From Clostridia bacterium (GTDB lineage: Bacteria > Bacillota > Clostridia > Oscillospirales > QAKW01): a DNA stretch of 64,000 nt. Shown piece after piece: positions 27,153 to 39,000 of the stretch. The stretch lies in contig JAGBEI010000009.1 in the NCBI GenBank assembly GCA_017937065.1, forward strand, positions 13,942 to 77,941, written 5' to 3'. Below the pieces are notes generated by a model, which saw only the letters and a program-made list of their open reading frames with translations, ran no database searches and was not told the DNA's origin. Made by a program: the position numbers and the translations under genes. Positions within the stretch are counted from its first letter, which is position 1; each line of letters begins with the position of its first letter.

Positions 27153-29513
27153 ATGAAATTTAAAAAGGTTTTATCTTTGATACTGACAGCTTGTCTTATT
27201 ATTTCAATGCTCTCGGTATTTGCATTTGCGGAACCTGAGGATGATTATGCCGTCGAAGATACATCAGGCGACACCGCCGATGGTGAGGACGGTACTGCCG
27301 ATGAAAACGGCGGTGACGGCGAAACTACCACTCCCGACGGTGCCGACGTTGTAGTTGACTCCGAGCATATGACCGGTGACGGAACGATAGGAAATGTTGC
27401 CGACCTGTCGCAGTTTACCCTGGCGTCTGAAAATGATAATCTTGCATTTTATGTAAACGATATCAACGGCTTTTTTGCTCTCTATTACAAAAAGACTGGG
27501 GCTATTTGGTATTCCAACCCCATCGACTGGGAAAAGGATGTCATTGCCCAGGCGGCAAATAAGGAAAATCTCCAGTCTCAGCTGATAGTTACTTATCTTA
27601 ATGCCAGCTATGACATCATCAGTGTTGCTTCATGCCAGGCACATATCGTTTCCGAGCATGACGGTAACAGACAGATAATGACTTATGTTTTCAGCGGCGC
27701 TACCCGCAATTTCTCGATACCGGTTGCTTATGAGCTTAAAGAGGACTATCTTGATGTTCAGATTATAGTGGATGATATCGAGGAAAATTCAGATGCAAGA
27801 ATAACTCAGATCACATTGCTTCCGTTTCTCGGTGCAGGCGGTCTGGCTGACAACGGTTATGCCCTGATACCGGACGGCAGCGGTTCTCTTATGGAGTTTA
27901 ATAAAATCTGTAAGAATTTGACACAGTATACCGGATATATATATAACCGTGACGTTACCGCTTCATCAAACAATACATCTTATGTTGACCTTAACGAGAC
28001 GATAAGCCTTCCGGTTTACGGCATTCAGAAAAACGGTGCGGCATATCTCTCGGTGATTACGGAAGGCGCGGGTACAGCGGCTATTAAGTGCAATGTAAGT
28101 AAAATGTACAACTCATATAACAGCGTCAGCTCGCATCTGTTACTGCGTGATACTCAGACGCGCCGCAGCGCTACCGGTACTGCAAATACCGAAAGTATGT
28201 ATTACAGCGACAATATGTGCGGTAATATGTCCATGCGCATTTATCCTCTTGATAATGATAATTCGAGCTATGTCGGCATGGCTAAGCGGTACAGAAAGTA
28301 CCTGATAGACGAAGAGGGTCTGTCTCCTCTTGACGGCACAAGCTCGTATGTCAATTCTCTTAACATCAACCTTTTCGGCGCCGTAAAATCACCTATGCAT
28401 TTTCTCGGTATTCCCTATACCGGAGTTAAGGCGCTTACCACCTTCTCGGATGTAAAGAGTATTATCGACGATTTAAAGGGTAAGGGTATAAATAATTTAG
28501 TTATCACAATGTCCGGCTGGTCCGGCGGAGGACTTGAGTCGTCTATTGATATGGATTTCAGTCCGGAGTCAAAGCTGGGCGGAATGAAGGGCGCAAAGGA
28601 GCTTATTGCCTACGCCGAGGAGCAGGGAGTAAACCTGATTTTTGATAATGACGTTCAGTCGTTCTACTCCGGCTCATCAAAGGTAAAGAAATTTAAGCAT
28701 ACAGCGTATTCGCTGGCGGCAACCCCCGTTACTGTTTATCCGTTTTCCAAATCACTCAACAGGTCGGTTATCAGCGATAAATTCAATCATCTTATACATC
28801 CCAATTATATGGTTGAGTTTGCCAATACGTTTGTTGACAACGCTATGAAGCTTGGAGTAAAGAACTTTTCGTTCAATACCGCCGGTACCGATCCGTATGC
28901 TGCATATAACGATGACAGCATGATTACAAGAGATAAGTCGGCAGACCTCATGAAGGAGCTCTTCAAAAATGTTGCCGATAAGACAGACGGTATTGTCAGT
29001 ACAAGGGTCGGAAACTCATTTGTTCTCGGCAGTGTGGATAATATTGTCGAGGCTCCCGTTTACTCCAGCAGCCTTATCATGGCGCAGACAACGGTTCCGT
29101 TTTATCAGATAGCGCTCCGCGGCTATGTGAACATGTCCGCAGAGGCAATGAACCTCTCCTCCGAGGTCTCTGAGCTTGAACTGAAATGTGCCGAATCGGG
29201 ACTCAGCCTTTATTACCAGCTCATGGACGCCGACTCAACTGCGTTTCAGAATACTTCATTCAGCGATTACTATGCATGCTCATACGATGATTATTTTGAT
29301 ATCATGACTTCTGCTTACGGCAGAATGAAACAGATATATGATGCTGTCGGTGCAAGCAGCATTACAAATCATGAAATTAGAAGTGACACGCTCAGAGTCA
29401 CCACCTTCTCAAACGGTGCCAAGGTCTATGTCAATTACGGCGAGGAGGCTGTGACGGTAGACGGCATCAAGATTGACGCCAGAGCGTACACTGCTGTGGG
29501 AGGTGCTAAATAA
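27153..29513 (+). CDS. Large secreted protein, DUF5696-like
   Basis: Signal peptide; WYSNP, PDGSGSLM, LPVYG, LTTF, GW..GG, VPFYQI, VYVNY motifs. Confidence 0.75.
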   Translation: MKFKKVLSLILTACLIISMLSVFAFAEPEDDYAVEDTSGDTADGEDGTADENGGDGETTTPDGADVVVDSEHMTGDGTIGNVADLSQFTLASENDNLAFYVNDINGFFALYYKKTGAIWYSNPIDWEKDVIAQAANKENLQSQLIVTYLNASYDIISVASCQAHIVSEHDGNRQIMTYVFSGATRNFSIPVAYELKEDYLDVQIIVDDIEENSDARITQITLLPFLGAGGLADNGYALIPDGSGSLMEFNKICKNLTQYTGYIYNRDVTASSNNTSYVDLNETISLPVYGIQKNGAAYLSVITEGAGTAAIKCNVSKMYNSYNSVSSHLLLRDTQTRRSATGTANTESMYYSDNMCGNMSMRIYPLDNDNSSYVGMAKRYRKYLIDEEGLSPLDGTSSYVNSLNINLFGAVKSPMHFLGIPYTGVKALTTFSDVKSIIDDLKGKGINNLVITMSGWSGGGLESSIDMDFSPESKLGGMKGAKELIAYAEEQGVNLIFDNDVQSFYSGSSKVKKFKHTAYSLAATPVTVYPFSKSLNRSVISDKFNHLIHPNYMVEFANTFVDNAMKLGVKNFSFNTAGTDPYAAYNDDSMITRDKSADLMKELFKNVADKTDGIVSTRVGNSFVLGSVDNIVEAPVYSSSLIMAQTTVPFYQIALRGYVNMSAEAMNLSSEVSELELKCAESGLSLYYQLMDADSTAFQNTSFSDYYACSYDDYFDIMTSAYGRMKQIYDAVGASSITNHEIRSDTLRVTTFSNGAKVYVNYGEEAVTVDGIKIDARAYTAVGGAK

Positions 29514-30562
29514 TGGCTGAAGCTGTAAATAACGATGCTTTAAATCCTGCTGAGGAAAACTCAGAAGCTAATGCTCCGAAAAAGGTAAAAAAGATTAAAC
29601 CTGAAAAGGTTAAAGCCAAAAAAGAGAAAAGCACTAAAAAGTCAGAGCCTTCGGATAACTCAAAAAAGAAAAACCGCAAGCGTATGTCATATGAACGTAA
29701 GCAGAGCTTTGTCGGATTTATGTTTACGCTTCCGTGGCTTATCGGATTTCTGATGTTCTTTTTTATCCCGGCGATTAAGTCTATAAACTTTTCGCTTTCT
29801 GACGTTAAAATTTTTGAAGACTATGCCACCGAGTGGAATAATTTTCAAAACTATTCCAACATTTTTAAAGATGCAACCTTCTTGAGAAATCTCAGCAGCA
29901 CTTTCGGCGACCTTGCGATAAACGTGCCCATCATTCTTGTTTTCAGCTTGTTTGTTGCGGTGCTGCTCAACCGTAAATTTATCGGCCGCGGAATTGCAAG
30001 AGCTGTTTTCTTCCTTCCGGTTATCGTTACTACGGGTGTTGTTATGACCGCGTTTAACGGTGCGTCCGATACCTCTGCGGTTTTTGAAGGCGATGTATCA
30101 AACGGTATTATGTTTTCTACGATGAATGCGACTGAGGTCTTGGGAAGTCTGGGACTCGGAGAGCAGATAACCGGATATATGATTGCTATTTCAGACCGTA
30201 TATTCGACGTTGTTTGGGATTCGGGTATACAGATAATCTTGTTCCTTGCGGCACTCCAGAGCATTTCGCCCGCGCTTTACGAAGCGTGTGACGTTGAGGG
30301 TGCTACCGCGTGGGAAAAATTCTGGCTTATCACATTCCCGAGCGTGTCTCCTATCATTCTTGTAAATATTGTTTACACGATAGTTGATACTTTCTCAGAC
30401 CCGTCAAACGCCGTCCTAAGCCAGGTTGACGCTTTGGTAACGACCACATTCAATTACGGAAATGCTGCCGCAATAGTTTGGGTCTACTTCGCAATCGTTT
30501 TGGTTATTATCGGTGCCGTGTTCCTGGTTTGTAAACGGCTTATATTCTATTCGGTAGATTAA
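29513..30562 (+). CDS. Carbohydrate ABC permease (MalF-like)
   Basis: LYEACDVEGATAWEKFW. Confidence 0.9.
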   Translation: MAEAVNNDALNPAEENSEANAPKKVKKIKPEKVKAKKEKSTKKSEPSDNSKKKNRKRMSYERKQSFVGFMFTLPWLIGFLMFFFIPAIKSINFSLSDVKIFEDYATEWNNFQNYSNIFKDATFLRNLSSTFGDLAINVPIILVFSLFVAVLLNRKFIGRGIARAVFFLPVIVTTGVVMTAFNGASDTSAVFEGDVSNGIMFSTMNATEVLGSLGLGEQITGYMIAISDRIFDVVWDSGIQIILFLAALQSISPALYEACDVEGATAWEKFWLITFPSVSPIILVNIVYTIVDTFSDPSNAVLSQVDALVTTTFNYGNAAAIVWVYFAIVLVIIGAVFLVCKRLIFYSVD

Positions 30563-30576
30563 GGGGGTGCAGTTAA

Positions 30577-31584
30577 ATGAATATTACAAAAGCTATTGTA
30601 TCGCAGTTTACTGCACATAAGGGCAAAAAGACAGATAAGCGTCTGTGGCTGAATATTATTTCCAAGTTTATCGGCAAGCTGGCTGTTTCGCTTATACTGA
30701 TAGGACTTGCGTATGTTATCCTATATCCGCTTATTTTCTGTATATCGCAGGCGATACGTCTGCCGGCGGACATGTATGACCCGCGTGTAATTTATATTCC
30801 GCAGCATTTTACATGGCAGAATTTTAAGGATGCTTGGTCTTTTCTTGAGTATCCGAGAATTCTGATGAATACCATAAATGTATCTCTGTGGCCCACACTT
30901 TTGCAGCTCTGTACATGCGCTCTTGCAGGTTACGGTTTTGCGAGATTTAAGTTTAAGGGCAAGGGTCTGATGTTCGGTCTGGTTATCCTGACCTTCATCG
31001 TTCCTCCGCAGACTATTTCGGTTACGACATACACTACGTTCCGTTATTTTGACCCGTTCTATATTTTCTCAGGTCTTAATTTAGTAGGAATAATGCCGGC
31101 AGATTATATAGACATTACGGATACCTTGTGGTCATTTATTTTACCGGCGCTGTTTGCCAGCGGTATTAAGAGCGGTTTGTTCATTTTCGTTTACAGACAG
31201 TTCTTCCGCGGCTTTCCGAAGGAGCTTGAAGAGGCAGCTTATATTGACGGCTGCGGCTCTTTCGAGACCTTCCTTAAGATACTCGTTCCCAACGCTGTTC
31301 CGGCGTTTGTCACGGTATTCTTGCTTAGCCTTGTATGGTATTATAATGACTACTATACGGTTCCGCTGTTCCTGCCTCAGACAGAGGTGCTCTCCAGCTC
31401 GCTGAACGATATGTTTACAAACATGACTACTGTCGGCGGTTTGTACGCGGGTGTAGATGAGGTGCTGATTTATCCTATTTGGCGTGCGGGCATTATATTG
31501 TATATTTTGCCGTTGCTTATCATGTTCCTTCTCTTCCAGAGAAAGTTTACCGAATCTATTGCAAGATCCGGTATAGTGGGATAA
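30577..31584 (+). CDS. Carbohydrate ABC permease (MalG-like)
   Basis: ELEEAAYIDGC. Confidence 0.9.
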   Translation: MNITKAIVSQFTAHKGKKTDKRLWLNIISKFIGKLAVSLILIGLAYVILYPLIFCISQAIRLPADMYDPRVIYIPQHFTWQNFKDAWSFLEYPRILMNTINVSLWPTLLQLCTCALAGYGFARFKFKGKGLMFGLVILTFIVPPQTISVTTYTTFRYFDPFYIFSGLNLVGIMPADYIDITDTLWSFILPALFASGIKSGLFIFVYRQFFRGFPKELEEAAYIDGCGSFETFLKILVPNAVPAFVTVFLLSLVWYYNDYYTVPLFLPQTEVLSSSLNDMFTNMTTVGGLYAGVDEVLIYPIWRAGIILYILPLLIMFLLFQRKFTESIARSGIVG

Positions 31585-31598
31585 TCTTAAATGCAATA

Positions 31599-31631
31599 AA
31601 AAATGTGTCCGGTTTTATCCGGGCACATTTT
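31599..31631. terminator. Bidirectional terminator
   Basis: AAAATGTGTCCGG...CCGGGCACATTTT. Confidence 0.7.
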
Positions 31632-31633
31632 AT

Positions 31634-32419
31634 TTAATTCTTAGTTTTATTGTTTAAACGGTATTCCTTGGGAGAAAGTCCGCACTCTCTTTTAAAAGCG
31701 CGGTTAAAGTTTCGTATCGTTTCAAAACCGCATATGTTTGAAATTTCGGTAATATTCTTATCGGTTGAAGTGAGGTACGCCTTTGCAAGCTGTATCCTGT
31801 AGCTGTTGACATAAGCGGAGAAATTCATGCCGAAATATTTGCTGAAATAGGCGGACAGGTAACTGTAATTATATCCGAAATTCGCTGCCAGCTCTTTAAG
31901 GGTGATTTTTTTCCGATAATTGTTCTGTATATAAAAAGCAAGAGAATTTGTCAGTGCAAAGTGTAATTCATTCGACTTTTGGAGATTGCTGCTGCGATAT
32001 GCTTTGCTGCATAATCGGTATAAAACGGAGCGGATTAAAAACTTGTCGCTTTTTTTATCCTGCAGCACTTTTCCGTAATATTCGCCGTCACAGCTGAATG
32101 TCGGATTTTCAAAATGAAATCCTTTTACCTCGTCGTAAAAGCTGTGAACCCAGTCGTTTGAAAACACGCACAGATAGCTCTTGCTGTACTGCCTTGTTTT
32201 ATAAGAGTGAATCTGTCCGGGAAGAATAAGTATCGCCTGACCGGCATTCAGCTCAAAAACATTTTCTTCAATTTCACACTCAAGCGCTCCGTCACTGACA
32301 AATGTCACCTCAAAGCTTCTGTGCGTGTGCTTTTGAAAGTTCAGATTTATATCATTCTGATTATAAATATATTCGATTTTATCCGACCTGTGATTTTCAA
32401 AGTCAATCATATTTATCAC
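31634..32419 (-). CDS. AraC-family transcriptional regulator
   Basis: Cupin HTH..FE sensor; ISNICGFETIRNFNRAFK...SPKEYR. Confidence 0.92.
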   Translation of the reverse strand: MINMIDFENHRSDKIEYIYNQNDINLNFQKHTHRSFEVTFVSDGALECEIEENVFELNAGQAILILPGQIHSYKTRQYSKSYLCVFSNDWVHSFYDEVKGFHFENPTFSCDGEYYGKVLQDKKSDKFLIRSVLYRLCSKAYRSSNLQKSNELHFALTNSLAFYIQNNYRKKITLKELAANFGYNYSYLSAYFSKYFGMNFSAYVNSYRIQLAKAYLTSTDKNITEISNICGFETIRNFNRAFKRECGLSPKEYRLNNKTKN

Positions 32420-32462
32420 CTGAATTTATTTTCCTCATAACAGGCATCATTGCGTCATCAGA

Positions 32463-32879
32463 TCAGATGACTCCTTTTTTTAACAGAATGTTAGCGTACA
32501 GCGCGCTTTCTCCCGTAGCGATCACTGCATATGCTTTTTTTGAGCGCTCGTAAAAATCAAATCTTTCTAATGTCTCAAATCCCATATCGGTATGATTTTT
32601 GACTATACTTTTATATTCATCCCAGATAGGGGTTTTAACATCGTCTCCTTCAACAACCTTCATAAGAAAAAGCGGCTGCTGGTATGTGTCAAGCGGCAGT
32701 AATTCAAGCACAGCCGATAGAACCTCGGCAGCGCCGCTGCCATTCATGTAAACTACTCTTTGACCAACGCTTGCCGACGGAAAATTACCGTCGGCGATAA
32801 CTATTTCATCGCCGTGCCCCATCTCGCACATTATTTTTAAAAGCTCGGGCGGTATTATTTTCGGTACATTTTTAAGCAT
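32463..32879 (-). CDS. fucU: L-fucose mutarotase (RbsD/FucU family)
   Basis: MGHGDEIVIADGNFP...ERFDFYER...ATGESALYANILLKKGV. Confidence 0.88.
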   Translation of the reverse strand: MLKNVPKIIPPELLKIMCEMGHGDEIVIADGNFPSASVGQRVVYMNGSGAAEVLSAVLELLPLDTYQQPLFLMKVVEGDDVKTPIWDEYKSIVKNHTDMGFETLERFDFYERSKKAYAVIATGESALYANILLKKGVI

Positions 32880-33087
32880 TGCATGTTCTCCTTTTTCGGC
32901 ATTTTAAAAACTCAGGATGCGCAAATTATATCATGTTTGCAAAACGATTTCAATATAACGACAAAAATACATGCATTATAGGCTTAACATCTATATTTTT
33001 GTCTATAATTTGAAAACATATTTCTTGTTTTGGATTTTACTAAAATATATAATTTAGTTATCAATTCAATATAAAGGAGAATTTGCT

Positions 33088-36000
33088 ATGAAAAGGTTAG
33101 TATCCTGGCTGTTGTGTGCGTGCATGATAATTTCTTTGCTGAGCACAACAGGATTGTCATTTTCTTTTGCAGTATCGTCAGATGAAACTGAATTGCAAAA
33201 TGATATGCCCGAGCCGATTGTGACGGGAGCCGATTTTGAATCGGCAGCACAGAGCTTTTATATTAATACGGGAGAAAAAACTGTTTCGGCAATAATCAAA
33301 GAGGGAACTGAATTTTCAAATCCTACCTTTACTGTTGACAGAGAAAACATTACGACTTCGCTTTATTATGATGAAAGCTGTACTCAGCCGGCGGAGTCCG
33401 TTACATATGAGCAGGTCAGCGCCGACGGTATGAAGACGTATTATCTTCTGCTCCAAGGCGACGGCATTGCCGATGTAAAATATAAGGTTGTTATTATTTC
33501 GGAAAATGCTCAGCTTGATTTCAAAAGTACCTTTTTCGACCCGACGGGAACAATTAAAAATACCGCCGCTCTGCTTTTGCATTCCGGCAGCTTTGCTGCG
33601 GGGCAGAGAGTAACGGACACCTTTAACGGAATGAGCTATGTATTTACCGTTGGTGTAAACGCTTTCAGCTCAATATCCGAGGCAAGGGCTGCAAATGTAA
33701 AACAGCTGATTTTAACTGCCGGCGATTATGCCGGAATAACGATTGACGGATCAGTTGAGCTTTACGGTCCCGGCTATGCCGTCAATCCGAATGTGGTACC
33801 CGATGACAGAACGGAGCAGTGGCAGCTCAGCGAAAAATTTGCCGACTCTGCCGCTGTTGCAAAAATTTCCGGTCAGATTGTAATCTCCGAGGCGGCTACT
33901 CCCGAATCTGAGGAGGGCACCGAAATTATCATTAAGGGTGTCTCAATCGGCAGCCGTATCATGGATACCTACCGCAAGGCGTCCGCGTATAAAACAGATA
34001 TTACAATCGAAAATTGCCTGCTTTCCTTTAACAGCACGGGCTTTGTGTACAGATTTGCCAACGGCAATACCGACAATACAGACGCCTCAAAGCCCAATAT
34101 AGATTCGCTTACCATGAAAAACTGCCGTTATAATTTTGTAAAAGGCGACAACGGGCAGCGCGTGTTTACGGAAAACAGCCCTGCCCATGTTACACTGGAC
34201 GGTTTGTATTTTGATAATAAATTTCCGACTCTCGGATATCCCAAGTGGAAGGATTCCGTAATAAACGGCAGCTATGTGGTAAAGAACTGCTATTTTGGGG
34301 ATTATCTGCGTACTCCCGACGAGCGCGGAAACCCAAAGCCGACTATAATCGCGCCCACAGGTCACTCTCAGTACTGCAGTGCCGAGGGCAGGGATACGCA
34401 TTTGTTATTTGAGAACAATATTGTAATTGACGCTGCGAGCGATAAGTATAATACGAGTGATTTTGTATTTGCCGCAATTTATCCCGACGCATTTACCGAT
34501 ATTATCTTCAGGGACAATACGTTTATAGATAAAAATAATTATCTCAGTACACCGTTTGTTGCCGCTTCAAATACATACGCGCCTATGAACAAGGATTACT
34601 CGGACAGAATTATATTTGAGGGCAACCGTCTTATAGGATATACCCCTTTTATTACTGTTAATGATGAGACCGAGACGCTGACAAGAGGCTCAAATAATTA
34701 TTACGCGCCTTTTACGGAGGACTATGCCTTAGCTCAAAACGGAACTGCGCTTTTCGGCGTGCTTGAGGGATGTGATTATTATTTGGATTATGCCAAAACG
34801 ACGCTTGCCTCTCAGATGGATATGGTTATAGACCGAAAGCTTGCTGTTGTCAATAATGCCACACGTGAAGCGTCCCTTGTTATCGGTGAAGACGAAGTTT
34901 ACTATTCGGATATCAAGACGTCTGACGGATTGAACAGGTATAACCTGTATTCGGATGCGGCGTGCCTGCAAAGTATAAGCGCGCTTAACAGCGAAATTGT
35001 CGGAAACGGCACTGTTGTATATGCAAAAACAACCAATGCAAACGGAGTATCCGCTGTGTATAAGGTTTACGTCTCCGTCGGAGATGTCAATGCCGCTGAG
35101 CCCGTGACAGTCGGAAAGGAAAGCATTCCCTCGCCGTACCTTTTCTGTGAGGAAACGGAAAATATGCCGCACGGTACAAAATTTACCGTCTCGTGGGAGG
35201 ATACCGAATATGTGTTTACCGCCGGTGTAAATGCGTTTGCGTCGGTATCTCAGATAATCGCGGCGCACGGCACCGACAGCGTTCCAAACGTAATAATGCC
35301 CGGCGGCGTATATAACGGTGATGTCATAGTCACAAGCTCTGTCAATTTTTACGGCGAGAACGGCAGCACCGTGCTGACAAGCGAGCCTGATGTGACAAGC
35401 CCCGTAAAAATCGCCTGCGTGGGTGATGCCGTTACGGAAGGAAACGGTCTTTCGGAGAATGAGCGCGCGGAAAAAAGCTATCCGGCGCAGCTTGAAAGCA
35501 TACTTGCCGAAAAATACGGTGACGGTAAGTATGAGGTCAGAAACTTCGGCTGTGACGGGGCTACCGTAAACATTCAGAGCAATGCCGAAAGCGGCAGCTA
35601 TAATTACTGGACATATATTTATGCAGTGCAGTATTATATGTCGCTTGACTATAACCCCGACGTAGTAATCGTCATGATGGGCAGCAACGATACGCTGGGG
35701 CAGGCATACAGCTCTCCCGAAATGTATAAAAAGCAGTATCAGTCGCTTATTGACAGCTATACGCAGCTTCCGTCTCACCCGGCGGTTGTTATTGCGGGTT
35801 CGCCTGCAATGAGCAGCGGACTGCGCAGTCAGCTTCTTACCGAAACAATTATTCCCATGCAGAAGCAGGTAGCTGCGGATAACGGGCTTATATATATTGA
35901 TACCTATACGAAAACAAATGAAAAGCTCACCGACACGTCGTATTTCACCGGCGACCTTAGCGACGATATGAAATGCACCGAGAAGGGCTATGGCTTTATT

Positions 36001-39000
36001 GCGGACATAATCGCACAGGGCATTGCACCTATGCTATCGTCAAATCGCAGTATCTTGAAAAACGGCATTACGGTTGACCCCTCTCAGAAAACCGAAGAAA
36101 CCCGGAAAATAAAGGTTGCATGTATAGGCGACAGCCTTACCTACGGCGACAAGTCCGATAAGGGCTATCCTGTTTTTCTTCAGCAGATGCTGGACGGCGG
36201 ATATGAGGTGCGCAATTTCGGCGAATGCGGCGCCGTTGCCTGCGATATGTCAACCTATAATTATTCAGGCGGCGGCACAAGCTGGGTATATCAGGAGACC
36301 CTGCGCTATAAATATTCGATGGAATGGAAGCCGGATATTGTTATACTGATGCTCGGAGTCAACGACGCGGGCGCGCATCTGACAAACTTCCACAGTGTAA
36401 ACTGGGACGGGGGTGCAGGCAGCAGTGCGGCGGCAGAATTTGAAAAGGATTATAAGGCGCTTGTTGAGAGATATCAGGGAAGCGGAGCGCAGGTATACTG
36501 CGTAAACTGCCCGTCCGGGAAAATCGAGGCGGACAGGGACGCAACCTCTGTGAAGATAAGCTGTGTCAATCCGATAATCGAGCGGGTTGCAGGCCAGACA
36601 GGCTGTAACCTTATCGATATATACAGCGAGACAAAAAACTGGGAGGATAGTATCTATACCGATACTGTTCACTTTAATTCAGACGGTTACAAAAAGACAG
36701 CCGATTTTATATTCTCAAAGATATTCAGCGATTTTTCGGACAGCTACAATGATAAATACGGCGAGATATCAAAAAATGCCGTGATACTTGATGCCGAAAG
36801 CGACGGTGCGCTTGCGACAGGCACTAAGGTCAAATACTCGTGGGAGGGCTCAACATACACCTTCACATGGGGAGTAAATGCGTTTCGGTCGATAGACGAT
36901 ATCATAGTGTATGCAAATGAAAACGGTATTTTTGATATTCAGGTGCTTATACCCGAAAACAATTTAAAGACGGAGGATAATAAGTACTTTTTCATAACGG
37001 CTGACGTTACAAATATTAAGTCCATTGAGGTGTACGGACAAAACCGCCTGATTGACCCGAACGATAAGTCAGCCTCTTACAGCGATGCTTCGGCGGATTG
37101 GACGCTGAGTCCGCAGTGGGATAAATATTCCGTGTCGGGCGGCACATCGTCAGTAGGCTCAGTCATTATCAGCAGTAAAAATCTTGCGGGACGCCTTGAA
37201 TTTAAGGGCATTACCATGCGCGATATATTTTATGACAGGTCGCGTACGGCCGGCACCGCAGAAGACCCGCGCAATCTGTCTGTTGTTTTTGAAAACTCGA
37301 TAGCAGACTTTACGGCGCTTTCAAACTACGCGGGATTTCTGTTTGACTGTAAATCACCGCGCGCTGCAAATACCGGCAGCGATTACGGCTATAACGATTT
37401 TCTTACCGTTAAAAATTTCCGCGTGGAGCACTATTTCTATAAATCTGCCTCAAATAACAGAATTGTCAATACGGGCAATATGAATAACATGATTTTTGAC
37501 GGGTTCTACTTTAATGAGGACAATAACCTCTATCCCGGCAACAATGTAAGATTTGCTCTTTCTCAGTTCGGATATGTCGCAAGCACCGCTGCTTCCGCTC
37601 AGACGGGCTCGGTAATTTTCAGCGGCTGTAATTTCAGAAATGCCGAGTCACTGCGCCTCACAATTAACGGCTATACCGATAATGCCGCAGATAAAGGCGT
37701 AACGGAAAAAGTTGTATTTGACAATAATATCGTGTATAATTGCAGCAAGGCGGCAATGGGCGTTAATTTCCAGCCCTCCTATATCACGTCCCTGAGCATT
37801 TGCGGCAATATCTTTATAAATACAGTGAGCGCTCAGCCTGTTGTCGGCAGTACCACCGCTTCAAATGACGTGGACTATGTTGAAAAAATAGGATATACAG
37901 CGCGTGACAATACATTTGTTTTGAGCGATATAACCTCAACAAGATATTTGAAATTCGGAACAGGCACCACCGCTGACAGCACAGGCACCTACCTTGCTGA
38001 AGCGTCGGATAATTATACTGAGGCTATAATGGGTGTCGAGCCGAATTTCGGCAAAGCCGACTATTACTATGTTGATTTTGCGCGTAATGTAAAAAATACC
38101 GATTTTGCCTTGACCTCGGCTTATTTCGGGGATAAAATAGAAAACGTCGAGATAAACGGCGATACTGTCAGTGCAAACGGCACAAACGGTCAGGTTGTCG
38201 ACACGCTTGAATTTGCTTGTGTAAATCCCCTGATTTCTGCTGATGTTTACGCTGACGAGCAGTGTACCGAAAAGCTCGATAAGCTTACTCTGAGCGAGAG
38301 AGATTCCGCCGATATTTATTACATCAAGCTCAGCTATAAAGATTATTCGGGCGCGGTCTTTAAATTAAAATTCAATCTCGGTGAGGCAAAATCCTTTGCC
38401 GAGGCTTATGAGGATAAAAACGGTATAATTAAAAATACCGCGGTGCTGTATGCGCCGGGTGCTTCGGGCAAAAACGCGGGCGATAAGCTGAACGCCGTCT
38501 GGAATGACATTCAGTATGTGTTTGTATACGGTGAAAATGCCTTTGCAACACTTGAAGAAATCCGCGATAAATTCGGCGCCGCTCCGGTGCAGATTATACT
38601 TCCTGCCGGAAGCTATGGCAGGCTTGACATTTACGGAAGCTGGAGCATATTCGGCGAGAGCTTTGCCGTAAACCCCAACGGCAGGGGCGACCAAAACCTT
38701 GACAGCAGCTGGAGCGAATACGGCGAAACGATTATTGACAATGCAGACGTCGTGATTGACGCCTCGGCAACGCCGGGCACGGAGGGCGGCACTGATATTC
38801 TTATCAGCGGCGTAAGGCTTACGGGACGGTTTGTTGACACAAACCGTAATGAAAGCGCGTATGCAACAAATATCACTTTGAAAAATATTGTATATGACCG
38901 CTGCTTTTTGACCGGTGGGGAAAGAGAATTCAATCTTCAGAATGCCAACAGCATGAGCAGCTCGGACACTGCCGTCAACAGTGACAGCTTCAATATAGAA

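Noticed and set aside
34729-35778. 349-aa antisense ORF, and similar long shadow ORFs at 12110, 21216, 24334, 26349, 38365, 50813 and 62824
   Set aside because: Fully antisense to well-supported genes with no motifs; expected from codon bias.
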